Source: Takakia lepidozioides
Lineage: Eukaryota; Plantae; Bryophyta
NCBI GenBank assembly: GCA_030704615.1
Contig: CM060734.1
Span: 7,750,001 to 7,814,000, forward strand
DNA length: 64,000 nucleotides
Reading direction: 5' to 3'
Shown: positions 1-13,048 of the stretch, piece after piece
How positions within the stretch are numbered: the stretch's first letter is position 1
Layout: each line of letters starts with the position of its first letter
Position numbers and translations under genes: made by a program
The notes under the pieces: model-generated
Databases searched by the model: none
Seen by the model: only the letters and a program-made list of their open reading frames with translations
What the model was told of the DNA's origin: nothing

Positions 1-2450
1 TGCGACTATTTCTCTCCACAGGACTTTGCTAGTGGCTTCTCTCAGCTATTTCAGATTTGCTCCTTTATTGCTGCTGGCCGTATCCCTGCCCCAGTGGCCC
101 GTCTCCTTGGGGCCTCCAGATTGTTGGCTATGAGCAAATCCTCAGGTACTGGCATCCGCCCTATCGCAGTTGGAGAGGTTCTTTACCGCCTTGTCAGCCG
201 CTCACTTTGTCTTCAGTTTCGAGATGCCTTCTCCGGACACCTCTTTCCTCACCAGTTCGGGGTCGCCACTCCAGGAGGTTGCGAGGCGATGGTTCAGGGG
301 ATTCGTGCAGCTCTTGATCTTCATCCGGATTGGGTGGTTCTCCAGGTCGAAGTCACCAACGCTTTCAACACTGTGTCACGAGCGGCTATCTTTCAGGAGC
401 CCGGAGGAGATTTCCACCAGCTCATTCCGTTTGTTTGATTATTCTATGCATCCACCACTCCCCTATTCTACAGTTATCATTCTCACCTAGGTGAGTGCTC
501 CATCATTCAGTCCGAGGTTGGGACCCGCCAAGGCGACCCTTTAGGAGGACCTTTGTTTGTCATGGCTCACGTCCGCGCCCTCACGGCTTCTGCACAAGTA
601 CACTCATCTTGTCTTTTTCCGTCGGTGGCAGACAATACGCACATTATAGGCCCTGCCTCACAGGTACTTTCAGCTTACCATCATTTTGTCACCCAACTCT
701 CTGCCGTGGGCCTTTCAGTGCAACCTCGCAAATGTGCGGAGTGGTCTCCGTCCGGTCTTCCTGCAGATTTTGTCATCCTTGCTCACTTCATTGCTCCGCC
801 CAATGGCATCAGAATCCTGGAAGTCCCTTTTGGCACCACCCAGTTCACAACGTCCTTCTTGGAAGATGCACTCCATTAGGATGTCACCTACGCCGATCTC
901 CTTCCTAGGCTCGGAGATGTACAGGTAGCATATGGAATCTTGACCAAATGTTTCCTTCAGCGTCCTTCATATCTCTTGCGTACTGTTCCACCCAGCCCAG
1001 ATTTCCTACACCTCTTATCTGGGTTTGATACTATCATGATGACTATCTTCGGGAGATTGTTAGGACCAGGAGCTCTGGAGGGTGCTCAGGGACTTTTGCC
1101 ACGTCAGCAAGCCACGTTTCTTCCGGTGGTGTGGGTCTTTTGTCCACTGTCACTACCGCCCCGTCAACTTTCCTCGGAAATTAGGCGTTGGTTACGCCAG
1201 CCCTCGCTTCACGATTTCTCTATGACCATCGTTCTATCCTTATGGACGCCATTGCACATGTCGACAGTGGCATTTTACCCTTCCAGCAGCATCTCCGCTT
1301 TGCACGAGATCTTCTTCCGGCACCGACGCGAGCATGTCTATCACCATTTGAGCAGTTGGTTGTTCAAGGCCTCGACCATCTTCAGGAGTCTATTTCCGAG
1401 CGCGTGCACCGTCATTCCTTTTCCGACATGCTCTCAAGTGCTTCTTCTGAGTTGCATTGAGCCCGACTTCTATCATGCGCAGGACCCGGAATAGGGGCAT
1501 GGTTGGCAGCACGACCTACTATCGCATCTTTTCGCCTCTCATCCCCTATTTTCACCACTGCGCTCCGTCTTCGACTCGGTTTGCCTCATCCTTCGGCATT
1601 GGGCCTTCAGTGCTGCATCTGTCTTCAGCCCATCGATGACCTTGCCATCCATCTCCTCCGCCGTCCATGTGGTGGTGAGCGCACTGCGTCTCATGATATG
1701 GTTCGCGATGCGGTGACATCTATTGCTCGGGAGGCAGGGTATCATGTACTGCGTGAGCAACCACATCTACGACCCACTCTACACGCCGCCGTGTTGACAT
1801 CGTCCTATTTAGAGATGGTTTGCGTACCCTAGCGGCTGTTGTTCTCGCCCACCCCACTCGAGCGGATCTGCTATTTCGCGCAGCTACCACACCAGATACG
1901 GCAGCCACTATAGCAGCTCAGGCCAAGGAGTGCGACTACATCGATCGTCACCCCACTGACAGATTTCTTCCGCTGGCGGTCGAGATATTTGACTCATTGC
2001 ACCGGCACTTCGACGATTTCCTGCGGACATGTGCACATCATGCAGCCAAGAGCGGGTCCACTGGCATCCCACATGCCTCCGTCCTTGTCGCATACTATCG
2101 ACAACGTGTTTCAGTTGCTTTACAGAGAGCACAAGCCATATCTATTTTGCATCGGGCTTGGCTAGCTCCGCGTCATCTCATCTTCCGCCTATGCCTGACA
2201 CTTTGCCTATCTCCTTGCTTGATCTCCTCCATGCTGTTGGCTGGGAGGGTCGCTCTGCTTGAGTAGCTTACTATAGCTTCTGTTTTCGTCGCTGGTTGAG
2301 TAGCTTACTATAGCTTTTGTTTTCTTCTCTAGCTGAGTTGCTTACTATAGCTTTTTGTTTTCTTCTCTTGTTTCTTGTTCCTTCCCCACCCTATTTTGGG
2401 AACTTCTCATCCTATGCACGTTCACCCATTGTACATGTTGTAAATAAAGT
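1..2450 (+). mobile_element. Degenerate non-LTR retrotransposon, RT plus C-terminal restriction-like endonuclease (CRE-clade-like); runs off the window start
   Basis: Frameshifted pieces read GIRPIAVGEVLYRLV, PHQFGVATPGGCE, V(E)VTNAFNTVSR, GTRQGDPLGGPLF and ADNTHIIGP (RT). They are followed by CCICLQPIDDLAIHLL..C and HDMVRD (zinc knuckle), RRVDIVL..VVLAHP..AKE (RLE-like) and RQRVSVALQRAQA. The 3' region has three copies of TTGAGTAGCTTACTATAGCTT (about 2259-2355) and AATAAA near 2443. Confidence 0.8.
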
Positions 2451-3354
2451 CTTACACGGTTTCATCCAACCATCTTTGCAGCTTAAGTCATTGGGGATTT
2501 GGCATTTCAGGATTTTCTTACTAGCAGATGTATAGGGCAAGAGAACTTTAGTGATGGTGCCCATGTGCGTAGTTGATGGACAAGGGGTTTCGCTAGTGTT
2601 GCTATTATAGCGCACACAGCTGAGAGCTAGGCCGCACGCGCTTGTATCTGGAGACAGTCTGATGTGTGTTTCTGGGGTAGAGAGATCACACATGCATAAA
2701 AGTTGTGAGGAACAGAGGGCTCAAAGGAAGAGTGGGTCTAGTGGTGTGGTGGTTTCTGAGTGGATTGAGCTAAGGGCTCACGATTGGGTTGAGATTGTCT
2801 CACCAAGATGACACCGATTCACAAGGGGGACGGGATCGTGGAGTGGAAGCTAAGGTATTGTGAGAAAAGGGCAGGGCGCCTGTGCGGCTCTGCTGGATGA
2901 GAAATGCGAATGTAAAGGAGAAGTTCCAGAGCTGGACGCGGAAGTCTCGGGGCATGAGACGGTTTCCAAGCTAAATCTGCGATTCAGGGTCCGCAATGTC
3001 TGGACTGCGATGGGGCCGATTCGGGCTTCTAAAGAATTTCTGAACTCTAGCTGGGCCTCTAGGATGTTTGAACCACATACTTTGAACGATAGCTGCGAGT
3101 CACACATGTATACTTCTGGTCGCCCTCCTTCCATTCACACTTTCTTCTTTTGTCATTCTCAAGTTCTGTTCTGTATGTTAAACCTCTTGACCGGCCATAG
3201 CTTTCCGAACAGAACATAGAACATGGGACGTATGTGACAGGAGCGCAAAAAGGAAACTGGAAAGCACTTCGAGCGATAGCTCATTATTGGTCGCCGGCAC
3301 TCCACCTCATACCCAGCAGTAGCATATATCTTGAAGTTTTAGCACAAGAGCTCC

Positions 3355-3789
3355 ATGGATTTGGTGGAAGGGCCACTGAAGGCTCTATCAGCAGATTTTA
3401 GTAGTCTCCTGGCCAATGAACAGGTCTTCAGTGACGTGACATTTGCTGTGGAAGGGCGCCATGTTCATGCCCACCGATGTGTGCTGGCGGCCCGGAGCCC
3501 TTTCTTTCGCATGATCTTCTGTGGAGACGTGCAATGGCACAAGAGCAGCCAACCTGGTGCCATTGCACCAGTGGTCATCCCTGTCGGCATTGTTGGCTAT
3601 GATGTCTTCATGTTGTTGCTCCAGTTTCTTTACAGCGGCCAACTTTCCATTCGGCCCCAGGATGGGTCAAGGGGTTGCAAAGACAAGACCTGCGGGCACA
3701 CCCCCTGTAGCTCAGCAGTGGAATTTACCCTTGAATTCTTGAATGCTGTCCATTTCTTTGGTGTTGACCAGCTATCTACTCTCACACAG
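3355..3789 (+). CDS. BOP: BLADE-ON-PETIOLE/NPR5-6-like gene, exon 1 (BTB/POZ domain)
   Basis: FSDVTFAVEGRHVHAHRCVLAARSPFF...VGYDVFMLLLQFLYSGQ...FGVDQLSTLTQ closely matches the BOP1/2 N-terminus. The GT donor at 3790 falls after LTQ, the intron position known from BOP genes. Confidence 0.93.
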
Positions 3790-3959
3790 GTCAGTGCAGA
3801 CTCCTTTCTTTTCTCCGCATCTAGTAGATAAGTATGTATGTGTTTTTGAATGTATAGGTATGCATTGGAAGCAACAATCTAACAGAGGCTTGACTTATGG
3901 GAATCAGCCTGATAACTTTACCACCCCTCCCCCCACCTCTCTCTGTCTGTCTCTGATCA

Positions 3960-4030
3960 GTTCTGCCAAAACTGGGCACAGGGTCTATAGCCACATGGCT
4001 ATGGCAAACAACGTCTCGCGAGTACATTCT
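3960..4030 (+). mobile_element. Very short 3'-end fragment of LINE family A
   Basis: AACTGGGCACAGGGTCTATAGCCACATGGCTATGGCAAACAACGTC..GAGTACATTCTCTC matches the 3' terminus of the longer copies. Confidence 0.75.
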
Positions 4031-4040
4031 CTCTCTGATC

Positions 4041-5880
4041 GTGGCATCACGCTTCTCAATGCTGTTGGCAAGATATTTTGCAGAGTTATAAGTACTCGTC
4101 TTGAGGTTGATCTGGAATCTAGAGTTTGTTTTCACGAAGGCTAAGCTGGCTTTCGGCGAAACAGGGGCTGTGTGGACCATATCTTCGCTCTAAGCCAGAT
4201 TATCCAGGGAAGGAAAAAAGAAGGGAAACCCACTTATGTTGTTTTCTTGGATGTCAAAAAGGCTTATGACACAGTGTGGAGAGATGGTCTATGGCTCCGC
4301 CTCTGGTCTTGCGGAATCAAGGGAAAAATGTGGAGAGTTGTCCATAATTTGTATGCTCACACCAAAAGCTGTGTCACTGTTAATGGACAGAAGTCTAACT
4401 TCTTTGACATAGACCAAGGTGTAGCTCAAGGATGTACCCTCTCCCCTCTGCTCTTCAATGTTTTCATCAATCAACTCCTCGAGGATGTGGAACGTGAGGG
4501 ATTTGGGTCAAGGGTGGGTGATGCCACCATTCCAGCCCTTATGTTTGCAGATGACTTCGCAGGCATAGGGGAGACTCCTTCCAACCTCCAGGAATTGATT
4601 GATTGCGCGAAGAGATACTCTGATCTTTGGGAGCTAGAGGCTAATATAAGTAAATGTGCAGTGGTGGCATTCAATGACAGAGGAGAGGGAGGAAGTGATC
4701 TTAAGTGGCAGTGGGGTAGCCAAGAGATTCCAGTCCTCTCTTCCTACACATACCTGGGATTTGTGTTTTCCTCCAACTGTAACTGGGATGCACATATCCA
4801 GAAAGTTGTTCAAACTGGCAAGGGCAAAGCGCCGAGTCTCACTAAATTTTTCCACTGCAGAGGGATTAACTCTGAGGTCAAGAAAACCTTGCTTTGCCAT
4901 GTTATTAGACCTGCCTTGGAGTACGGATCTGCTATATGGGTTGATAACTCCAACCAGGCTAAGTCTCTAGAATCCATTCAAGTGGGGTTGCTTAAGGAGT
5001 GCATGTCAGCATGCTCCAAGACAGCCAATGTGGCTGTTCAGGGTGAGTTTGGCATCCCTTCCTTAAGCTCCCGACGAGATGAATTCAAGGTCAGATGGTG
5101 GGGTCAGTTGCAACACATGTCCAACACCAGATACCCTAAGTTAATCGTCTCTATATCTTGGAAACAGGACCGCCCTGTCAAACAGGCTAAGTCCTGGCAG
5201 AAGAGAGTAGAAGAGATTCTCAAGGATCTGAATCTGGACCCGCAAGTCTTGACCTTGCTGGATAAATCTGACTTAGAGACTGTAGTGTCCAAAGCCATGT
5301 CTGTTACCAGAAAATTGTCTGATGCAAATGAAGTTGGGCAGAAAACTTCCCTGAACCTGTTTCCAGTCTGTGACATGGGGGAGGATATCATGGATGACCT
5401 AGGTCTACCCAATCTCGGCACCAGACTGAAATTTAAACACAGGGCAGGAAGCCTACCTTTGAACAGTAAACAGAAGCAGAGAGGAAAGGGAGAGTGCAAT
5501 TGCCCGTTGTGTGGGCAACCCGAAGACAATATTCATTTTCTGATTCACTGTCCGGGGTACTCTCACCAGAGAGAAGCTCTCCTCCAATCTATCAAGAGAA
5601 TTGTGCCTGTACCTCTGTTTACCAACTTTGAAAGTCTCGAGGCTGAGCCAAAAGCCCAGGCCCTTCTGAGGCCTAGTTTTTGGGCAAATCACACACAGCA
5701 GCTTGTGTGAAGGGATTTCTAGAGGATATCTGGAAAACCCGAATCAATTCTATGTATAAAGGTAAGTCTTACTACCAATGTCAGCCCCTGACAGAGGTAG
5801 GTTCTGTCCCTTTGGTTTCCGCTCAAACTGGGCGCAGGGTCAATGGCCACAAGGCTACGGCAAACGTCTTATGAGTACAT
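4041..5880 (+). mobile_element. 5'-truncated LINE family A copy (RT plus CCHC; RTEX/L2-like) in BOP intron 1
   Basis: ORF 4172-5710 has FLDVKKAYD, GVAQGCTLSPLLF, LMFADDF, YTYLG and CPLCGQPEDNIHFLIHCP. TCTCTCTGATC on both sides (ending 4040; 5881-5891) looks like a target-site duplication. Confidence 0.92.
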
Positions 5881-6423
5881 TCTCTCTGATCACCTATGGC
5901 ATTTTTGTACCAAAACAGCACACAGTTGTGAGGGGTTTCTAAAGGATGCAAGACTCGGTCGTTTTTTGAGTTGGCAGAAGTTTAAGAGAAGTGCACATTC
6001 TCTAGCTCTGCCAGTTACCCTTTTGCCAGTAAGTATTGGATTACCCAGTCTGGAGGTGAAAGTGCTTCAATCAATCTTTCCAACTGATCTAGCTTTTGGA
6101 TTCACAACTCAGACTCGGCGAGACATTTTCTGGTCTATGTATTAGGAAGGGGGCTTTACTTTCGAAGCGTGTGAAACAACCCCTTCTGCTGCGCAGAAAG
6201 TTTGTGGATGGTCTTCACGGCAAAGCTTGGAGCGACTAGTATCAGTTTGCAACAGTTGTAAGCTGCATCTCATTGTAAGTTGCAATAGTTGTAAGCTGAA
6301 AGACAATGGTCATTTAGTCCAATCAAGCCACAGAAAAATCACCCTAACTTCATGTTTCCTTATCTTCAATTGAAGCCTTCTCTGCCATGGCCGCCAAGTG
6401 CTTCTGCCACCAAAAGATGTCAG

Positions 6424-6762
6424 TTGGCTATGCGCATTCTAGTGGTGGCAAGGAAGCAAGATGGACTACACTTGTGGAACTTGTGTTCAAAGCTTGTGGC
6501 AAAGTCAGGTTTATCAACTGAGATCTTGCACAAATATTTGCCAATGGAGGTCAATGCAGATATTGAGTCCATACTGCGGAAGGCAGGATATGTTTTTGAA
6601 GCTAGCACGTCAATCAGTGCATTGATGGAGCAACAGACCAAACGAATGCAAAAGGCTGTGGATTCATCAGACGTAGAGCTTGTGAAGATGATGGTGATGG
6701 GAGACTTGACCTCGACAAGGCATTTGCCCTTCATTATGCAGTTAGCCATTGCAGCAGGCAAG
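6424..6762 (+). pseudogene. BOP: BOP-like gene, second coding segment; damaged (short deletion and frameshift)
   Basis: MRILVVARKQDGLHLWNLCSKLVAKSGL...KRMQKAVDSSDVELVKMMVMG. After a frameshift near 6703 the alternative frame reads LDLDKAFALHYAVSHCSRQ (BOP: LNLDESLALHYAVESCSRE). The expected SMVEKASIEDV segment is absent. Confidence 0.85.
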
Positions 6763-6899
6763 GATATGCTTTGTTACGTAAATTGAATTATTGTAGCTTT
6801 GGCGTCTTGTGGGATGCAGCTCTTGGATGAACCACAAGACTCACCAGCCAGGCGCAGCATGCACTTCTTGCAGTTTTGTCAAGGAATGCTAGGTAGCGG

Positions 6900-7715
6900 A
6901 ACGCAAAGGGACAGAAACTACCTTTGTCAGGGGCTGAAGCCGGTAGTATGACTTACCTTGAAACATGCAATTGATCCGAGTTTTCCAGATATCCTCTAGA
7001 AATTCCTACACACAAACATCAATCTGTTGTGAGTGAATTGCCCAATAACTAGACCCCAAAAGGACCTGGGCTTTTGGCTCAGCCTCGAAATTTTCAAAGT
7101 TGGTAAAGAGAGGTACAGGAACAATTCTCTTGATGGAATTGAAGAGGTTGTCTCTCTGGTGAGAGTACCCAGGATAATGAATCAGAAAGTGGATATTGTC
7201 TTCAGGTTGCCCACACAATGGGCACTTACAATCCCCTTTCCTCTCTGCATCTGTTTGCTGTTCAAAGGTAGGCTACCTGCCCTGAGTTTCAATGTCAGTC
7301 TAGTGCCAAGAGTGGGTAAACCCTTGAGGTCATCCATGATGGCCTCACCCATGTCACAGACTGGAAACAGGTTCAGGGAAGTTGTCTGCCTAACTTCATT
7401 TTCATCAGACAATTTCCTGGCAACAGACATGGCTTTGAGAACTTCAGCCTCTAAGCCAGATTTATCCAGCAGGGTCATGGCTTGCGGACTTAGATTCAGA
7501 CCCTTGAAAATCTCTTCTACCCTCTGCCGCCAGGACTTAACCTGTTTGACAGGGCGCTCCTGCTTCCAAGATATAGGGTCGATTAACTTAGGATATCTGA
7601 TATTAGTCATACATTGCAGCTGACCCCACCAGCTGACCTTGAATTCATTGCGTTGGGAGCTTAAGGGAATGCCAAACTCACCCGGAAATTAGCTGTTTTG
7701 GAGCATGCTGACAGA
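6900..7715 (-). mobile_element. LINE family A 3' fragment, inverted, inside the BOP gene
   Basis: Minus-strand ORFs 7182-7610 and 7006-7218 match the C-terminal half of the family A protein (RYPKL, LKLRAGSLPLNSKQ, CGQPEDNIHFLIH). Confidence 0.9.
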
Positions 7716-8058
7716 GGAAGGAGAGAAAGACCCTGAATGACGAGCAGTGTCTCCTCTTTGTGGCTGATGTAGTTTTGGTGTCTCACTCTGCTACTTTTGT
7801 TGGGGTTGTAAACTAGGATGATATTGAAGCTCACTTTCCTGGCATTCCTGATTTGGGGCTTTTGTCCCTTTCCCCCTGTAGGATAAGAGAGGGAGTGGTC
7901 TATTTGGAATGGAGGGAAGCACCATAAATGGAAAGGTCATCTTGCTCGGAAGTTATTGTCCATCTCTGACTTGAGAGGGCACTTGTTTTCCCATTGCAAC
8001 ATATTTAAAGTGTTGAAGCTGACAAAACTTTTGTTTGTGTGGAAATATTCTCTGAAAA

Positions 8059-8565
8059 GTGGTAAAGAACTTGCTAGAGCTTGGTGCAGCCAGTGTGAAT
8101 CTGCAGGGCTCTGACGGGTGCACTCCACTGCACCTGGCTACTGAACTCGTTGATCCAGAAATGACTGCCATGCTGTTGGATAACCATGCGGACCCAAATA
8201 TTCCAACTCCAGGTGGGCTTACCACAATTGACATACTGCGAAACTGTGCATCTAAACCTCTCACTATTGGAGGGTTCACCTCTGGCATCAGAGGAGATAA
8301 CAACCGATTCAGACTTTGCTTGGACTTTTTAGAGAGGGCAGGAGCTGGGTCGTCTGCGCATGTGAGTTTGACGAGAGGGGAGGGCAGCCCAGTGTCCATC
8401 TTGACAGAGCATGAGAGTGGCGCACTTGTAACCGAGGAGAGTGAGAGACGCTTGGCATCCCTGTCTAGAGCAGTGAGCTGCACCCCTGCCCACAGCAATC
8501 TACTCAGCAATAATGACTTCTACTCATCGTTCTCCCAAGCCAAAGGTGAGTTGCGCGTGTTGTAA
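8059..8565 (+). CDS. BOP: BOP-like gene, third coding segment (ankyrin repeats and C-terminus)
   Basis: VVKNLLELGAASVN..GCTPLHLATELVDPEMTAMLLDNHADPNIPTPGGLTTIDILR...NRFRLCLDFL directly continues the BOP ankyrin region. An AG lies at 8058-8059 and the stop ends at 8565. Confidence 0.88.
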   Translation: MVKNLLELGAASVNLQGSDGCTPLHLATELVDPEMTAMLLDNHADPNIPTPGGLTTIDILRNCASKPLTIGGFTSGIRGDNNRFRLCLDFLERAGAGSSAHVSLTRGEGSPVSILTEHESGALVTEESERRLASLSRAVSCTPAHSNLLSNNDFYSSFSQAKGELRVL

Positions 8566-9868
8566 TAAGGAACCTTCAGCCTCATAGTGCATCAGTTGCT
8601 GTGGGCTTCGAAGATAGTGAGAAACTTTGAATTGGGGGCATCTTGCATTTGTGTCCACTGGTCCAAGCAACAGATATGCATGCATGTGGGTGTCTGGTCT
8701 TCAGACAGTCTCACAGTGATAGTAAATTGGAACACTGCCTAGACCATTTATCCAAAGATACTTTGATGTACAAGTTGGTTGGATGTTTAGGGTATGTTGC
8801 GTGACGCACGCAATAAACCTCACTCCACAAATTGGGACAGTGCATGGCAGTGATGGAGAGAGAGAGGAGACAAGCAATTCAACATCAAGACTGCGAGACT
8901 CATTTGCTCTAATGTTCTCATCAAATGACCAACATATTGAAGCTGACTCGAAAAATCCAAAGTGTAACAGCACCTTCATGGAGAATTCAAGCCTGGAAGA
9001 TTGCCAAAGGCCTAGCAAGGTGCCTCGCTTCTTTCTTGACCTTAAAGATCTACCTGTGTTGAGGGAGGTAGTGCTAAAGGACATTACAAATGAGGGTTTG
9101 GATACCACAAAATGTGGCACCACTCTCCATGTTGTGGATGAGGTCATCCTCGACTGGCAGCTTCTTTTGCAGGAACAGTAGGTCCCTTAGCAGCCCTAAT
9201 GAATTTTGTTCCATGCCTTATGAAAAGAGGCGGGGAGGTGGGAAGAGAGAGCATAGTGGAAACTCTGACAATATTCTAGACTGGAATTTGATGGTTGAAG
9301 ATGTGGGTATCTTTTGTTGCTGAATCTTGGCAAATTACACAAATTTTGCCAGACCCCTAGGAAGAAAGTCCTAATAGCCTGTCAAGGTTGTCTTCAGAGG
9401 ATTTTGTCCAGCAGATTAAGTGCACATGGTTGTATTATATATCATACTGCAAGCAACGGAACAATTAAAAAAATTGAGCACTTTTTCTGTTGGAACTTGT
9501 TTTGTTAGGTTAGAAGCATGCAAATGTATGTTTGCAACACCTCCCTGTTCCATTTTGTTGGGTACCTCTATTGACTTAGTACCCTCTCTTTGCCCAAAAC
9601 CTGGCAATGGGACTATCATATCACATGAAGCTTACCAAAAATAGGCCATGTTCCTTCTGTGAGAGAACCTGGTGAATGCAGACATCCAAAATAGCAAGGT
9701 CATCCAAGTACTGCTCACATCTCAACCAATAATCACCAAACCATTGACTTCCATACTGCTGTGGATGGAGTCAGTGACTTGAGCACCAAAAAGTTACTTT
9801 GGTTTCAATAGAGAAGCAAGCCTGAACAAGTTCTGAGATGTAAGAGGGCAAAACTTTGGAAGATCCAA

Positions 9869-12800
9869 CTACAGAAGGCCTAACTTCCGGAGCTCTTGTT
9901 CAGCAGCTTCATGATTCACCTTTTCCACCTCAAATTTGACTGGGTCTGGAGCCACATCTCCCTGCAAAGAAAGAACATAGTGAACAGCATTTTAGGTTGC
10001 CCTGTCAACTTCCAAACAAAAACACGACCCTTTTCTGTTAGCTTTGTGCAAATTGAGATTACTAAAACCATAACCATACCCCTGAAGTCTGCCTGAGGAC
10101 TCTTGCATGACCACGAACACCGACCAGGAGAGGGCTGCAGACAACAAGAGCGGGGACAGAAGCAGCAAAGCGAGAACAGAAAATAACTGACACAACTGCC
10201 ATTATTGCTCAATAGACCCACAGCTATCACATAATTGATAGATGATACTGTATTTCTTTAAGGGCATTACCAGCTCATAGCTGTCATACGGCAGCACCAT
10301 TGGATCAAGCTTCCATCCGGAAACCCCCTGTTTGTATACAAAACACCTGCAGCATTATCAAATGTTGCTGTTTGTCAGTGTAACGACCAGTTGCAACCAT
10401 ATACACGCCAACCCAGTCAGAATGACTAAAGCTACTCCCCGCATACCAGCCAAGTTCCATATTCATCACAAATGCTATTTGCTGGTGCAGGATGGAAATG
10501 TCTGCTGTCAGTTCTGTCTTCGATTTTTGTGACTACCCTGGAGGTACATATACACTCTACAGTCAGTTCTTAGTTTCCCAGAGCACCAACTTGCTGAGAG
10601 CCAATGGTAGTTGACTGGAAAATGCAACTTCCTCCCAAGATCAAGAAGCAGTTATGATTGAATTGTTTGACAGAATGATGTTCAATAATGACGCCCTGAC
10701 CTGACGCAAACTCACAACTACTCAGCATCTTTCACTTGTCCCTACTGGATTTAACCTTCAGGTCAATTGTGTTGGCTTCAAGCTGTTGGTTTCTTATAAA
10801 ATGACCGTAGAGCTGTACTACTACCATCCACCACCCACTAAGAACATGTATGCTCTAATACTTGAGCCAATACTCATTGCCAAAGAACAATTGCTAGTAA
10901 ATACTGGCTCTTTAGTATTAGCCAAGCTATGCACACGAACAACTGATGTCATTGAGTCGAGGGACGGGCAAATGACAAAGCAGATACCTTTTTAGGCCCA
11001 CATCATGAGCCAGGTGGGCAGCCCAAGACGCCCGCCTGCTTGTTCTACCTGCATAAAGTAATCTGATGTTAGCAGTTCTGCACTCAAAGGCAGGATCAAC
11101 AAGGATCAACCATGCTACAGGACCAACATAATAAAAAAATCAAGAATTCTGTGAAGCCCCTAGCTGACAAGGAAAGACTAGAGTATGCAGACTCTATCCC
11201 CTAGAGTCTCAAGCGTGCTACGCCTTGCCAGAAAGCAATATATCACGCCATCCTGGTTCGCAATAACAATGTAAACAACCTGGACTACAAACACATGGCC
11301 TAGTTAGTCTCTGTTAACAGACAACACAGTGGTAAATTCATGATAGAAGATAATTGAGCATATGCTGATTCTTTGACTTCCTGCTTGTAACTGAGCTTCA
11401 CCTCCTAATGAGCACGGTTACAACAAACATTGCCAAGGAGATACAAAAAGGGGGAGACAGGAAGATGGCCTTACAATGCAGAATGACAAGGTCATCACAC
11501 TTTAATTTGGGGAAATGGAAAATCTTTTCCCATCCAGCAGAGTCCATAACTAGAGCCTTTGGCCACTCCTCCACTGCAAAGGACAATCCCGTGCCAAGAG
11601 AATGATGAGGAAACCCGAATACTCCCCAGTGAGCATAAGTTTGTCTGGAACAACAGATTTTGCACAAAACTGTCTGCTGGTGATGGACAAAAGGAGCATG
11701 AACAAAGTGAAAACATCCAAGAGGGCCTTTACCCCAGCTACACACCATTCCCCAAACCTCAAAAAGAGAGAAGAGTGTGGTAGCCTTGTGGTCATAGAAT
11801 TTCTTGGCCTTCCTAAGTTGTAGTCAAGGATTGTAGTTTATACAGCTTGACATGGCTAATTCGCTCTTCAAAACAAAAATTAAAGATAGATGAATCCTGG
11901 GAGCGACCACCAGGAACGTACAAATCTATTATTCCAACTGATGTGGGTGAGTGAGACAAAGAGAAATGCCCATCAACAACCATGCCCTTGCTGCCTAATG
12001 AACTACAGCCGGAAAAATAAACATTACCACAAAAACCCTTTCTGCTATACCTGGAACATGCAAAGACCCCTGGATATGGCCATAGAGAGCTCGCTCATCA
12101 TGCCTCCGGACATCAATTAAGTGCGGAGCACTTGAAGCAGGTCCATTCTCCTCCCCCACTGCATCTGTCTTTTGCAGTAGCGTAGCAACGGCATCCCTGT
12201 ATCAACCTAACAGCTATAAAACACATGACCTTCTGTGGATACATTAGCATGGTTACCCTAACGAGAAAAGGGGCATCAGAACTTCCAAAGAGCTCTAGGA
12301 AAACGCTGTGTTCTCTGTCTCTCTGTCTCTGTCCACAGGCGAAGGCGGGTAGTGCTCACCTGCTGAGATATTGAAGGCCTTCAGAGGTACCCGAAGAGAC
12401 AGTAGAGCGCAAGGCCTGGATCCCCCCCTTCAACACACAACACCTGCACGCTCAGCCATTGCAATCACAGACGCTCCTCAGCAAAGTCAATGAGGCAACC
12501 ACAGCTAGACAAAAGCTTTTGACTTTGGATAATAAAATGTTTGATTTATTCCTGCACGAATGGGCTTCCACTCCCATTTACCTTGACAGAATCAGTATTA
12601 TTTAGCTGAAAGAGGAAAAACTGATCTCTACCAGCTGTAGCTAATTTTTGGAGTGGGAATAACAGAAAGTAAGAGTAACAAGCCTTTCTACATATTCATT
12701 GCTGAAGTAATCATTTCCGTGGTATGATTTCTTAATAACACGACATGTATGTACCTGTCTACCAAAATTCAGATTTGAAGGGGTTACCAAGAGCAGAGGA

Positions 12801-13005
12801 TTGGAAGGACTATCTTACCACATTTACCTCTTACCAGGACAGCTCCATGAAACAACAAAATGTAACAACATTAGTGCTCTACATACTCAAAATTCCAGTT
12901 TGATGAAAGCCATTAAGCAGTCCAAGAGTGTGGCAGCAAAGAGAGGGAGAGAGGGAGAGAATGTACTCATAAGATGTTGTTTGCCGTAGCCTTGTGGCCA
13001 TTGTG

Positions 13006-13048
<43 letters not shown>

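Noticed and set aside
7953-8510. 185-aa minus-strand ORF and similar antisense ORFs over the LINEs
   Set aside because: These are shadow frames of real coding sequence on the opposite strand.
8783-9181. 132-aa ORF downstream of BOP
   Set aside because: No recognisable domain or convincing splice structure; it may be UTR or a relic.
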